Of a DNA stretch of 64,000 nucleotides, positions 48,036-58,062 are shown piece by piece. Position numbers and translations under genes: made by a program. The stretch spans positions 2,018 through 66,017 of the forward strand of contig JBAZJW010000004.1 in NCBI GenBank assembly GCA_041651055.1. The letters run 5' to 3'. Each line of letters opens with the position of its first letter. The stretch's first letter is position 1. The stretch is from Minisyncoccota bacterium (GTDB lineage Bacteria; Patescibacteriota; Minisyncoccia; Phycocordibacterales; UBA5272). The notes beneath the pieces are model-generated. The model saw only the letters and a list, made by a program, of their open reading frames with translations, was not told where the DNA came from and made no database searches.

Positions 48036-48287
48036 CTAAGCAGTTCCGATTACGAAGACATAGTAATACGACGTTGCAGCAGGTGCAGAACTAAACGTCA
48101 CAACATTCGTGGCAAAGCTAACTCCCAACCTGCCTTCAAATGCTGTGGTTTCCTGCACCCAACACGCGTCGATCGTACCCAATGGAGCCGTCCACGCTGT
48201 ATCGGAGGCATCGCCAGTCAGTTTATAACAAATAAACATCTGATTGGCTACAGGTACAGCAAAAATTGCAGTTTCAGTGAAAGCCAT
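48036..48287 (-). CDS. Small beta-rich virion protein
   Basis: 83 aa downstream of capsid genes; SD GGAAGGGGG. Confidence 0.55.
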   Translation of the reverse strand: MAFTETAIFAVPVANQMFICYKLTGDASDTAWTAPLGTIDACWVQETTAFEGRLGVSFATNVVTFSSAPAATSYYYVFVIGTA

Positions 48288-48302
48288 TTTGCACCCCCTT
48301 CC

Positions 48303-49061
48303 TTATGGTGCAATCATAAGATAAACGGGTTTGTATTCTTGAGCCACACCAACCAACAGCTGAATCCCAAGCGGGGGCGTGGTGTCAACAGTGGTTCTAA
48401 CCGTGGTACCTGCAACCGTGTTACCGACTGCAAGCTCCACAGCAAACCCAGCAGACGGGGTACCTTCTGACCAGACGCACGCTACCCCCCAGGTTTGGAG
48501 CCAGTAGTAATAACTTGCAGCAACCGTGATAGGAGGTACACCAAGAATCCATTCAGTGATAGCGGTTGCGATAACCGTAGCGTAGTAAGGATTCCCAACC
48601 ATGGTTGCTTCTGATGCCGTGGTGAGTGCAGTCGCAATCGGGTCGTACAAGGTGATGTCGCAACTCGTTGCTGTCGTAGCGTTCGCCTTGTAGGATTTGA
48701 TCTTATACTGAATCCCCTCACCAGCGGCGTCGTTAATCTGCAACCAACCGTCTTTGTAAATGCTAGCGGTTGGTTCAGCAGCGGTTTCAACGGTCAACGT
48801 GTAGGCTCCTGCGTCTACAGCCGCAAGGACTTCCTTGTTGATCCAGTTAGCTGAGCTAATCTCGGCGCATTTCACGAACTTACCAGGAGCCAGTGCAACT
48901 GTCCCGTTGTAAGCATACCTAAACACCCGCCCGTCTGCAAATGCCAGTCTCGTCCCAAGAGGTGCTTGCTGAGTAGCAGACGCCTCGTAGATTCCCTGCG
49001 CGGGTGGGACAATAATGTGGTCGCCTTTGCGATACTCACGATACTCGTTCTTTGATGCCAT
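48303..49061 (-). CDS. Capsid decoration / minor capsid protein
   Basis: PLGTR...DGRVFRYA...YYWLQTWG; directly after major capsid. Confidence 0.7.
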   Translation of the reverse strand: MASKNEYREYRKGDHIIVPPAQGIYEASATQQAPLGTRLAFADGRVFRYAYNGTVALAPGKFVKCAEISSANWINKEVLAAVDAGAYTLTVETAAEPTASIYKDGWLQINDAAGEGIQYKIKSYKANATTATSCDITLYDPIATALTTASEATMVGNPYYATVIATAITEWILGVPPITVAASYYYWLQTWGVACVWSEGTPSAGFAVELAVGNTVAGTTVRTTVDTTPPLGIQLLVGVAQEYKPVYLMIAP

Positions 49062-49126
49062 AGTTAAATCTCCTTCGGATTAGGCTACCTCAGACGTGCA
49101 TTGGCTTGCACGCGGAGATAGGTTGT

Positions 49127-49153
49127 GGGGGAGTCGCCACTAACTGCTCCCCC
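49127..49153 (-). promoter_or_regulatory. Hairpin between capsid and decoration genes
   Basis: GGGGGAG/CTCCCCC 7-bp stem; no U-tract on coding strand. Confidence 0.35.
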
Positions 49154-49167
49154 GTGCGTTAAAAGGT

Positions 49168-50094
49168 TTAGCTGACAGATGAGATGTAACCATTCCATCT
49201 AGGTGCTGTGCAAATAAAAGACCCAGCCCACAGCAACTGCCTTACCCAAGCATCCTGGTTGATAGGAACCTTAGGTTCGGTCCAATACATATTGCGTTTC
49301 CTATGCACGACCATTTTCCAATAGTCCGTGTTAAGGATGAAAATATACCCACTTGGGCAGTAGTGGTCCACTACGATAGTGGCTTTGTTAAACGCGATCC
49401 CAGTGAAACCTACACGAGCAAGATCAGGAGCGGTGGTCAAGTCGCCACGCTGAGTGGGCTGAACCCGGTTCCAAATCTTATCGTAGATGTCCTGGGTCGT
49501 GATAATCAGATCAGGCTGTACGGCACCATCACAGCAGTTGCCGTACGCACTCTGGAGCATACTCATAGAGAACGCTCCACCTGTGCTGTCTACCTGACCG
49601 CGCCACCAAGAATACGACGTCTTGCTGATCTCACCATAGGTGCCCGTTGTAGCCAGTGCACTAATCAACGGCGGGATCGCTTTGGTGTCGCTCCAAGACG
49701 TATCAAAAATCGCCTCAGAGAACTTTTTAGTGAAGGTTTTCTGCGCGTTCTGCATTTTGGACTGAACGATAGACAGAATTTTCTCATCGCCCTCGACCTT
49801 GAGTTCAGTCTCACCATCCATGGTCACGTTGACCCACATCAGATACCAAGCATGCTTAGCCAACGTGGTGGTTTCAATAAGTGAGATATCGAACTCATCC
49901 AGTCCAGAATACCATCCTGAGTTCAAGTCACCATACAGCACTGGCACGTCGATCTTGGAACCGGAGTCGTAGGTGACTTTGTTTTTTGACATCAACCTAG
50001 TAAAAATCGGGGTTGAATAATAGAACTGATCCGTAAGAATGGGAATGTATTTCTCCCGTACGTGAGCATCAAGTTCTGAATAAGTAAGAGCCAT
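49168..50094 (-). CDS. Major capsid protein
   Basis: 308 aa after scaffold; IDVPVLYG, PDLIITTQ..YD, GFTGIAF, DHYCPSGYIFILNT HK97-type pattern. Confidence 0.85.
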   Translation of the reverse strand: MALTYSELDAHVREKYIPILTDQFYYSTPIFTRLMSKNKVTYDSGSKIDVPVLYGDLNSGWYSGLDEFDISLIETTTLAKHAWYLMWVNVTMDGETELKVEGDEKILSIVQSKMQNAQKTFTKKFSEAIFDTSWSDTKAIPPLISALATTGTYGEISKTSYSWWRGQVDSTGGAFSMSMLQSAYGNCCDGAVQPDLIITTQDIYDKIWNRVQPTQRGDLTTAPDLARVGFTGIAFNKATIVVDHYCPSGYIFILNTDYWKMVVHRKRNMYWTEPKVPINQDAWVRQLLWAGSFICTAPRWNGYISSVS

Positions 50095-50108
50095 GATTTA
50101 ATCTCCTG

Positions 50109-50897
50109 TTAGTCTAACTTACCCTGCATGGCACGCTCTTTGATGATAGACTCAGTTGCTTCTTCCCATGAGAGAGGCTTGTCGGAGCGTTTCACGATAA
50201 CTGGTCTAGAGCTACTGTGAATCCCATCAGTCCGGGCCTTGGCCAGTTCTTCCTTGAGCCTACGTTGAACTTCCTCCTCGACAATAGAGTCTCGATAGAG
50301 GTCTGTGTAGGCTTTTTCAAGGTCTAGTTGGCCGGTTTTAAGTGCATGGTCGAGTAACTTTTGTTTATCAAGATTCGCGTGTTTCGATGCGAGGTCGGTT
50401 AGTTGTGCTTGATAGTTAAACATGCGATCCACCCGTTTGGATGAATCAGTCATAGCCTTTTGAGCGCTGAGTAACTCAGACTTGAGACCGGTTATTTGTT
50501 CCTCAAGTTTTCTCAACATCTCAGCATTAGCAGCAGGTTCGCCTTTGGAGAGTTGTGCACGTAGCTCCTCCTCCTTGGCTTTCTGTACTTGCTCGTCTTC
50601 GGTCTTAGTGGTGTCTTCAAGTGACTTATACCATTCTCGCCATTGAGTTGTTTCCTGTTCCATCGCACCATAGTTTTGCAACTTCTGCATGTATTCTTGT
50701 TCCCGTGCAGAGAATTCCTTGCGTTGTTCAGCTAGAGTTTGAGTCTTGCGCGTGTAGTCCGCTTGCATAGACTTGTACAACTGTTGCAACTCAGGTGCTA
50801 ACTCGTTAGGGTTAATGTTTAAGTCTTTGAAGAGTTCTGCGTTAGTAAGATCGTCCTTCTTGTCATCTGCCATTTGTCGTCTCCTTCGTTGCTCCAA
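50109..50897 (-). CDS. Capsid scaffolding protein
   Basis: KSMQADYTRKTQTLAEQR motif, coiled coil, upstream of capsid. Confidence 0.8.
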   Translation of the reverse strand: MEQRRRRQMADDKKDDLTNAELFKDLNINPNELAPELQQLYKSMQADYTRKTQTLAEQRKEFSAREQEYMQKLQNYGAMEQETTQWREWYKSLEDTTKTEDEQVQKAKEEELRAQLSKGEPAANAEMLRKLEEQITGLKSELLSAQKAMTDSSKRVDRMFNYQAQLTDLASKHANLDKQKLLDHALKTGQLDLEKAYTDLYRDSIVEEEVQRRLKEELAKARTDGIHSSSRPVIVKRSDKPLSWEEATESIIKERAMQGKLD

Positions 50898-50929
50898 AAC
50901 GGAGTCTCAGAGCTATAAAAAGTTAATGG

Positions 50930-51331
50930 TTAAACTCCAGAGGTCGGTGGTTGCCTCGGAGGGCCAGTAAGTGATACGGCGCGGTTTCGGTCGGAACGTA
51001 ACTTGGCTTGCTGAAGTGCTAACTTACCTTCCTGTTCCATGCCGTAGTGTTTGGTGATTTTTAAGTAAGCGTTTTGCAAGGTCTCGTCTATGATGTAGCG
51101 TATAGATGGTTCGACCTCTGCTGCACGTCGCATGATCACACCTGCTTGCATGAGTAGCTTAATGGCTTGTTGCTCTTGGGGTGTGTCCGGGCCTGGACCA
51201 CCCGGGCCTTGAGACTGCGCACCAGGAGGCCCGGCACCGGGCATCATAGGTGCTTGTGAGGGAGTCTCAGGTTGGTCTTCCATTGAACTAAGGCTACTCA
51301 AACTTTCAGTTTCGTTTTCGTTAAATGCCAT
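50930..51331 (-). CDS. Hypothetical Pro/Gln-rich protein
   Basis: SD GAGGTG; head module. Confidence 0.6.
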   Translation of the reverse strand: MAFNENETESLSSLSSMEDQPETPSQAPMMPGAGPPGAQSQGPGGPGPDTPQEQQAIKLLMQAGVIMRRAAEVEPSIRYIIDETLQNAYLKITKHYGMEQEGKLALQQAKLRSDRNRAVSLTGPPRQPPTSGV

Positions 51332-51377
51332 TTTCTCACCTCATTGATTCATTTAATGAATTGAATGTGTTGGTTAT

Positions 51378-52103
51378 TTATGCCCAACGATGTCTAGCCT
51401 GACCAATCGTTGGGGGTAAACCTACGAAACGTGCACTGGCCGGTCGAGACTCACTTAGATTAGCCTCTGGATTGGGGTCTCTTAGTGAGAGTGCCTTAAG
51501 TAATTCTGACTCTGCGTTTGTACGTTGTTCTGCATAGGCTTGTTCACGTGAGATACGTAGGCGATTCGCTGCGTCTATTTCAGCAGGTGTACGCCCGCGT
51601 TCGGCTGCGAATTCAACTCCGGTTCGTATTGTAGGAGCTATCACGCCCGAGGTCGGTGAGCCTGTCATGGCGTTACCAACAGGCGGCCTACCCGGTCCGT
51701 GGTAACTTTGACCATATGTAGGACGTGGGTCAGCGCCAGGACCACCCAAGGCTGCACTTGAGACGTTTCCACCTATACCATCAAATGCACCTGCATAGTC
51801 CATACCTGCAATAATAGCAGCGGCAGCTGGAGTAGCAAACATAGATGCAACTTGTGCTATGTCAGAACCCTTAATGGCTGATTTACCCAAAAGAGGTTCA
51901 GCGGCGTCCATACCAGAAGCACCTCCACCAAAGCCAGTTTCCGCTGCGTTTTCTGTTGCAGAAGCCATTTCACTCGCAACACCAGTTATAATAGCACTCA
52001 CATCAGCGTCGGTAGAATCAGATTCACCCTCACCCAAATCGCCAAAGTCTCCAGCTGTTACTACGTTGGCGCCTTCTCCAACACCCACACCAGGAGCACA
52101 CAT
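51378..52103 (-). CDS. Gly/Ala-rich putative virion protein
   Basis: MC start, low complexity, between portal and scaffold. Confidence 0.5.
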   Translation of the reverse strand: MCAPGVGVGEGANVVTAGDFGDLGEGESDSTDADVSAIITGVASEMASATENAAETGFGGGASGMDAAEPLLGKSAIKGSDIAQVASMFATPAAAAIIAGMDYAGAFDGIGGNVSSAALGGPGADPRPTYGQSYHGPGRPPVGNAMTGSPTSGVIAPTIRTGVEFAAERGRTPAEIDAANRLRISREQAYAEQRTNAESELLKALSLRDPNPEANLSESRPASARFVGLPPTIGQARHRWA

Positions 52104-52105
52104 AG

Positions 52106-52555
52106 TTATACCTCTCTCTCGTAGTAAGTGTAGATTTTTTTCATGTTAAAGAGTCTCTGAAACGCATCACCATTTATGTGGCTAGATGTTCCAGAGATAC
52201 GTTTAAAGCCGAGTTCTTTGAATTTTGCCACAATTAGGTCACGAAACTTGAACCCTAACCCCGGCCCGTATAGTTGGCGTATTAATGCAGTATCACCATT
52301 GGATTGATAAATCATACATCCAACTCTCTCACCGTTTAATATCCCTATTAAAGCACTCGCCTGTCCAAGTAGAACCATACCAACAGATTCACATAGGTTG
52401 TCCATTCCATAAATCTCAGGTATCTTGGAGTTAATCATTGGTGACCACATCATTAGGATTTCTTCTCTACTAAGGAGTGGTCTGAGTTCTAAGTTATCCA
52501 TTAGCAGCCGGACTCCCGCCGGATTGGTTAGGGAATTGCGTACTAGCACCTGCAT
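52106..52555 (-). CDS. GNAT-fold-like head-assembly protein
   Basis: GCMIY...LIRQLYG...KELGFKRISG pattern. Confidence 0.4.
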   Translation of the reverse strand: MQVLVRNSLTNPAGVRLLMDNLELRPLLSREEILMMWSPMINSKIPEIYGMDNLCESVGMVLLGQASALIGILNGERVGCMIYQSNGDTALIRQLYGPGLGFKFRDLIVAKFKELGFKRISGTSSHINGDAFQRLFNMKKIYTYYEREV

Positions 52556-54299
52556 GACTCGCAGGTTGCTGCGGCGTGACTTCTTGGTTTTGCTCGTCCT
52601 GACGTTTCATTTCAACTCGCTTTAGGACGTCCTCACGATGGGGGTATTCTAAGTCCTCAAGCAAGGCTCTGTCGTCTATAACTTGCATCTTTCGGAGGTT
52701 CATGGATTGTTGTTTGCGTTCTTGTTTGACCAACTGTAAACTACTCCCCGGCTCGATTTGGAACACTACATCTAGCCACGCACGTTCTTTGCGCTTTGAC
52801 ACAGGTCTAAGTAACTCACTCTCAATCTCTTTAATTTGTTGCTCGTATTTACTCTGTCTCGCACGTAGCACTTCAAATATGCGTTCTGGCTCATAAAACT
52901 GGAATATCCTAGAGATCAACTTACGGCCTATTCTCATGTGCATGGCTTCTATGGCACGACCACGTAACCTCACCAATGCCTGTGCAGCCATCTGAAGTGC
53001 CTCGATTCCGACACCAGAACTAACCTGACCCGTACGAATACCACGCATGACATCAACCATACCAGTAATTTCATCTTTAGCTACCTTGAGGAAGTTTGCT
53101 ACTTCGAATACATATTGTGGAAGTGCCACACCTGCTTCACGTCGCAACTCCCGGCCTGGGCGTTTTTTAACGTGTGATCCCGGTGCGTTTGTGAGTTTGA
53201 TCCATTCTTCCTTCGTTAAAGCGTCAGCATCACCTACCCATATTGCGTTAGACATCAGGATAGCATTTTCAAGGATAGTGGCTAGTAACTTATTAAATTG
53301 TTCTTGTGGGTTGGTTAGCAACTCCACATCACCCCATGACCATCCACAGTCTGGATCAGCGTGCCAACTCAACATGTCTTGTGGGAACTCACCATCATCG
53401 TATGGGTTCTCACCGTCGTCGGCTAGTACGACATCACCTATTAGGACTGACTTTCTTGACATGTTTTTGAATTCGGGTTTGCCGCGTTCAGTTTTAGACC
53501 TGTCTTTGAGCCAGAATTCACGTATATATACACGTGGTACTGCACTGACGTGGGGATCTTGGATGCCTTGGGGCTGAAAGATAGTACCAAGTAATGTCGA
53601 CAAGAACCCTTTGTGCTGTTGGGCTTGTCTAAATGGTGTTAACCCCGCGTCGGCTTTGATGCGGTCAGCGACTTTAGGGTAGATGTCCTGAGCCTTAGAG
53701 AGTGCCCAGACGTCCTCAACGATGAAGTATTCTCCCTCACACAGATTATAGGATTTAATCACTAAAGGATCAAAGTATGCCGCACGAGGATCAACGCTAG
53801 GTACTAGAATCTCGCCTCTGCCGTTACCACCGCTTCGGTCGTATACTGTAGATGTGAACCCGGCCCCGAAAACTTGACCATTATAGACTACATCCGACAT
53901 GCCCTGTCCAAATACACTCTGCTCAAAGATAGCTGAACATAGGTCGTTTAATATATCAGCTGTGTCTTGGAAACTATCGCTCCTTGGCACAATCGACGGG
54001 ATTGGTTTGGAGTCTGTTAATAGAGCTGTCTTTCGTTCGATGTTTTCAATGGTGAAGTTGATAACACTACTAACCTTATGACTCGGCCTACGTACTGGCC
54101 ATTGTTCACCTTTGAGAAATTTAGTATACCTAGCCCAGTCTTGAGTGTGTTGTTGCTTATACAACGCGGCTTCGGTATAATACTTATTAAGCATCCCAAC
54201 ATACTCTATCTCACGCCTAACTTCAGCTTCCTTTGAGAGTATCTGGAGCTTCTCAAATTGTTCGATCTGTTCAGGAGTCGGGTCGTCTTTTTTCGCCAT
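52494..54299 (-). CDS. Portal protein (P22-like)
   Basis: FLKGEQW, INFTIENIER, DPRAAYFDP, PQEQFNK, DEITG...RG, SGVGI; Q-rich tail. Confidence 0.85.
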   Translation of the reverse strand: MAKKDDPTPEQIEQFEKLQILSKEAEVRREIEYVGMLNKYYTEAALYKQQHTQDWARYTKFLKGEQWPVRRPSHKVSSVINFTIENIERKTALLTDSKPIPSIVPRSDSFQDTADILNDLCSAIFEQSVFGQGMSDVVYNGQVFGAGFTSTVYDRSGGNGRGEILVPSVDPRAAYFDPLVIKSYNLCEGEYFIVEDVWALSKAQDIYPKVADRIKADAGLTPFRQAQQHKGFLSTLLGTIFQPQGIQDPHVSAVPRVYIREFWLKDRSKTERGKPEFKNMSRKSVLIGDVVLADDGENPYDDGEFPQDMLSWHADPDCGWSWGDVELLTNPQEQFNKLLATILENAILMSNAIWVGDADALTKEEWIKLTNAPGSHVKKRPGRELRREAGVALPQYVFEVANFLKVAKDEITGMVDVMRGIRTGQVSSGVGIEALQMAAQALVRLRGRAIEAMHMRIGRKLISRIFQFYEPERIFEVLRARQSKYEQQIKEIESELLRPVSKRKERAWLDVVFQIEPGSSLQLVKQERKQQSMNLRKMQVIDDRALLEDLEYPHREDVLKRVEMKRQDEQNQEVTPQQPASHAGASTQFPNQSGGSPAANG

Positions 54300-54302
54300 T
54301 TT

Positions 54303-55472
54303 TTATAACCTATCAGTGTAGTATCCGCAAACGTGAATTGTAGTTGTCACACCAGCCGCAGTAGCATACCAATATAACGCCTGTGCTGCACTCAATGCCG
54401 TGTCGAAGGTGGTGTAACCAGTCACACAGTGTGCCTCTGGAGCCTGTGCTGAGGATTCAATGTCGAAGTAGTAACTGGTTTCTGATGTTGTGGTTAGTAA
54501 CCTTAGTCTAGATCGAGTCGAAAAAATAGGCACACAGCTACTTATATCTAAGGACGTATATGTTACTCCCGCTGTCGCTGCTGTGAACTCTTCAATAGGT
54601 GCAGCGTAACGGTAGTAGTTGCCACTAAAAATATCAAAATCTAACACTTGACTAGAGCCATTGGTTAGCACTGCACCAATACACCGGTCGCTGCCGTTGT
54701 ACCAACCAACTTTAGATTCTGACCAAGCTGGTGCAGTAGTGGAGTTTAAAAACTCACTAGCTGTGAGTAACCTCGATGCAGCGGACACCACAGCAGAGTC
54801 ATCTATGTAGATGTAATGAATCTGTGATGCACCTAGGTTAGATGATGCTGCGTTGGAACCGGCTGGACCTAATGTAAAGGTTATTTGTGTCGCGGTGTAT
54901 AGATGCTGGTTGGTTGTCCCGTTGTGTGCCCAAATGCCGCCCTTGATGGTGATTGCTGTGGTAGATGAGTAACCTAAATAAAAACCATTTTTCATGCCAC
55001 TGTTGTGTGCGGTGCTTTGTAGAGTAGTAATATCTACCCCGTACTCAGTCAACACACCTTGTACAGTTGTACTAGAATAATACGTCGCGGCTGCTACAAC
55101 ACCCACTAAACCCGCACCCAGGCCAGCGGTGGTTGACAATAAATCCGTCGCACCTATGAGAGCCTGGTTGCTGGTATTTGGAAACGTGAATGTCCTGTCA
55201 GCCGTTAAACCACTAGATGATAAAATCGGACTATAGCCAGCTGAGTTAATAGTAAAAGTAGTTGACGTTGTACCCGTATCAGTATGTTGCACATGTAGAT
55301 GATCGTCTATATACCCACCCAATGCAGTAGCAGGTATAACGGTGTCGTCAATATAGTGTACACTAACACTCCCACCCAAGTAAGTCTCACGGGTGAATGT
55401 TGTTGATGCATCACCCCAACTGATGTCTTCTTTACCTATTAGTTCATTAACTAACTTAATTACTGTTGCCAT
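54303..55472 (-). CDS. Tail-fibre-like protein
   Basis: T/S/A-rich; LTADRTFTFP, GAGLVG, GWYNGSDRCIG. Confidence 0.6.
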   Translation of the reverse strand: MATVIKLVNELIGKEDISWGDASTTFTRETYLGGSVSVHYIDDTVIPATALGGYIDDHLHVQHTDTGTTSTTFTINSAGYSPILSSSGLTADRTFTFPNTSNQALIGATDLLSTTAGLGAGLVGVVAAATYYSSTTVQGVLTEYGVDITTLQSTAHNSGMKNGFYLGYSSTTAITIKGGIWAHNGTTNQHLYTATQITFTLGPAGSNAASSNLGASQIHYIYIDDSAVVSAASRLLTASEFLNSTTAPAWSESKVGWYNGSDRCIGAVLTNGSSQVLDFDIFSGNYYRYAAPIEEFTAATAGVTYTSLDISSCVPIFSTRSRLRLLTTTSETSYYFDIESSAQAPEAHCVTGYTTFDTALSAAQALYWYATAAGVTTTIHVCGYYTDRL

Positions 55473-55777
55473 TCCTGTTGCTCCTTGTGTTCGTTGACAA
55501 GTCTAAACACGTCTTCTTCTGATTTAGCACCCTGTTCAATGGCCCACGCGATTTCGTCAGTGGTTAGTCCATCAGCTCTACCTCGGTCTGGAAGTGGATA
55601 GTCAACGCCGGTATCATATTCGATGTTATCGTCTGTGTTAGTCAATGGGTAACTGATCACCCTTTGCCCACCCTGAAGGAGCTTTTGAAGTAAGTTCACT
55701 AATCTTAGCAGCAAAAGAGTCTGGAGTATCATTAGTGGCAACAGCAATAGGGGCAGAAGGTTTAGTAGTTGTGTCAT
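55460..55777 (-). CDS. Membrane-anchored hypothetical protein
   Basis: Leu-rich N-terminal helix; overlaps 55638 ORF. Confidence 0.45.
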   Translation of the reverse strand: MTQLLNLLPLLLLPLMILQTLLLLRLVNLLQKLLQGGQRVISYPLTNTDDNIEYDTGVDYPLPDRGRADGLTTDEIAWAIEQGAKSEEDVFRLVNEHKEQQEWQQ

Positions 55778-56114
55778 TTTTAGTCACCTTTGGGTTAGTA
55801 TGTTCTTCACCACACTTATTAGAGCAAAACACCTGACCTAAGTGTACAGGGGTGAATTTTTTGTCACAGTGTTTGCAAACATATTCATATTGTTTCAACC
55901 CCTCAGCCCATGCGGGTTCAAGGTAGAAATTGCTTAGGTTGCCTTGCATGTGGACTTCTAGTACAATGCCACAAAAAATCTGCCAAATTGGAAGGTGGTA
56001 GTCGTCTGCTATTTGGTGCATTAGTTCAGACGCGTGTTCGGGCAGACACAGCAGTAGGTCCTCGGTGTATTTGTTGAGTGTAACTTCGTCGAGTTTCTTT
56101 TTAGTTACCTGCAT
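55638..56114 (-). CDS. Zinc-binding hypothetical protein
   Basis: CKHCDKKF...FCSNKC; SD GGAGG. Confidence 0.6.
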   Translation of the reverse strand: MQVTKKKLDEVTLNKYTEDLLLCLPEHASELMHQIADDYHLPIWQIFCGIVLEVHMQGNLSNFYLEPAWAEGLKQYEYVCKHCDKKFTPVHLGQVFCSNKCGEEHTNPKVTKNDTTTKPSAPIAVATNDTPDSFAAKISELTSKAPSGWAKGDQLPID

Positions 56115-56122
56115 AAATCCTC

Positions 56123-57886
56123 CTATGAGTTAAGCCAATGGTCGTCGTAGGTGTCGTCTTTACCATAGGCCAAAATACGTGCAAATTCTAAATCACGGAA
56201 TTTAGTCGTGGTTGAGATAGCTGGCTTACGTGCTTGGATTATAGACGCGTCGTCGGGTTCTTGGTTGACGTGACGATACATCGTGTATAAGCCTATCAAC
56301 GCGCTCATGACCCTGTCGTCATACCCGTTGCCGATTGCAGAACCACCACCGGACTCGTCCTGGGTGAAGGTTATCAATTCACGAATCAGGTCTTGACTAT
56401 GTACAATGATTGTCATGTCTGAGATACAATGTGTGCCGTAACTAATTAACGCTTTCTTGGAGCGCAAGTTAGTCTCCCAGCCTAGCTTGTTAGTAAAGCT
56501 CCCATCGTAGGTGTCGATACGTTCCTGACGATAGATGTTCCAGTAGTGGTTCTGCAATTCCTGCAACGTGACGCGGCCATACGACTCGACCTCAACCGAC
56601 GCTAAGGCTTCGTTGTAGAGTTTGCCAACCGAGGCTACGATCTCGGCTAGGTTAAAGGGGTCTACATAACCATGCCATTCAGCGACTTGTTCGGCTACCA
56701 ATGGTATAGGGAGTTTTTTCCAGACTTCGATACATGAAAAGTCACCTTTGGTTTTACCACTTCGGGGGTCGTATTGACCACCACCTGAGACGTCAATGCC
56801 CATTACGTAGATGCCTCGGTCTTCGGGAAGTTTCCAGATGCGTAGGTTACCGTTTTCGTCTGCTTTCAAACCGCGCTTGGAGATGTTGCCACGCCATTTG
56901 GGTTCACTGCATTTGAGAAACATCGTCCTGAGTTTACGTCTATCAAACAGCGGTACACCTGATACGATAAAGGCTTCTTCGTCGTTGCTAGGATATTCCT
57001 GCCGGAACAACTCCACATCGGCGCGCAGGTCGGCGATGGTAGTACGACGCCAGTAGAGTTGTTCTGGTGACAGGCTATATGTGGCCTTGAGTTCTTTTTC
57101 TTCGTCGTTGAGACTCTCCATGAAGGCAGTTCGCTCACGTCCTGTGTTGAACTGGCGCACATATTCTGGCAAGTCAAACCATGCTAGGAAGAACGGTATG
57201 AAGTTGCTACTCCCTTCTTTTGCTGCGAGCCACTCCTCGTGGAAGAAGTTGCCAACTCCTTTTGCTGTGGACTCGTAGAAGATGACACTGTTTAGGGTCT
57301 TAGGAACGGTGGGAATCAAAGCGGGAATGACATCTTCTGCTTTAGTCCATGAACCCAACTCGCTACAGTGAAGGTTATGGTAGCCCGCGCTTCTAGCTAC
57401 GTCTTTCTTGCCAGCCGTTAAAACGGTCAAGGATGACCGTAGTCCGGGATTAAGGTTACGGGTTTTAGGGTCGGGGTTTTCGAAGGTTAGTTCGCGTTTA
57501 GACCCGTAGCGAACCATTGGTTGTAACTCTTTGGGTAGGCAGTCGTAGTAGAGCTTACACATGTTGAAGATTTTCTCACCTGACTCCTTTTCATGTGCGA
57601 TTATAGCAGCGTCTGTGTTCTCGGACATGTGTGAGAGCCAGAAAATGGTGCCTTCGCAGTAAGTGGACATGCCCTCACGCCGGGCCTTGAGGATGATGAA
57701 CCTGAGTAACTTTCTGTTTTGACGTGCGGATTCTACTACCTTGTGAAATTTCTGCTGTGGGGACCAGAAGTTGAACGGGAGCAACTGTTGATTCTGGTCT
57801 TTGATTTTCAACAACTTAGCTGCATAATATTCAAAATCCCACGTGCAGCGTTTGAAGTCGAGGTTATTTAAGACGCTAGAAGTCAT
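56123..57886 (-). CDS. terL: Terminase large subunit
   Basis: ILKARREGMST, LHCSE, YESTAKG, FRQEYP, MGIDVSGG, YDDRVMS. Confidence 0.92.
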   Translation of the reverse strand: MTSSVLNNLDFKRCTWDFEYYAAKLLKIKDQNQQLLPFNFWSPQQKFHKVVESARQNRKLLRFIILKARREGMSTYCEGTIFWLSHMSENTDAAIIAHEKESGEKIFNMCKLYYDCLPKELQPMVRYGSKRELTFENPDPKTRNLNPGLRSSLTVLTAGKKDVARSAGYHNLHCSELGSWTKAEDVIPALIPTVPKTLNSVIFYESTAKGVGNFFHEEWLAAKEGSSNFIPFFLAWFDLPEYVRQFNTGRERTAFMESLNDEEKELKATYSLSPEQLYWRRTTIADLRADVELFRQEYPSNDEEAFIVSGVPLFDRRKLRTMFLKCSEPKWRGNISKRGLKADENGNLRIWKLPEDRGIYVMGIDVSGGGQYDPRSGKTKGDFSCIEVWKKLPIPLVAEQVAEWHGYVDPFNLAEIVASVGKLYNEALASVEVESYGRVTLQELQNHYWNIYRQERIDTYDGSFTNKLGWETNLRSKKALISYGTHCISDMTIIVHSQDLIRELITFTQDESGGGSAIGNGYDDRVMSALIGLYTMYRHVNQEPDDASIIQARKPAISTTTKFRDLEFARILAYGKDDTYDDHWLNS

Positions 57887-58062
57887 TTGGGTCTGTGGCC
57901 ACTCCTTATGGCATGTTTAGCGGGTTTGTTAACTTTAGATGCAAACTCACTAAGCTGCTTATGAGTCATGCTTAACACACCCCGGTTGCGCTTAAACAAC
58001 TTACTAGGCGCGTGTTTAGCGATTGCCATTAGTTTACGTTGCTTCTCACTTACTGCTGGCAT
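57883..58062 (-). CDS. DUF3008-like small basic protein
   Basis: Hand-called 59 aa MPAVSEKQRKLMAIA...SMTHKQLSEFAS; ATGA overlap with terL. Confidence 0.6.
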   Translation of the reverse strand: MPAVSEKQRKLMAIAKHAPSKLFKRNRGVLSMTHKQLSEFASKVNKPAKHAIRSGHRPK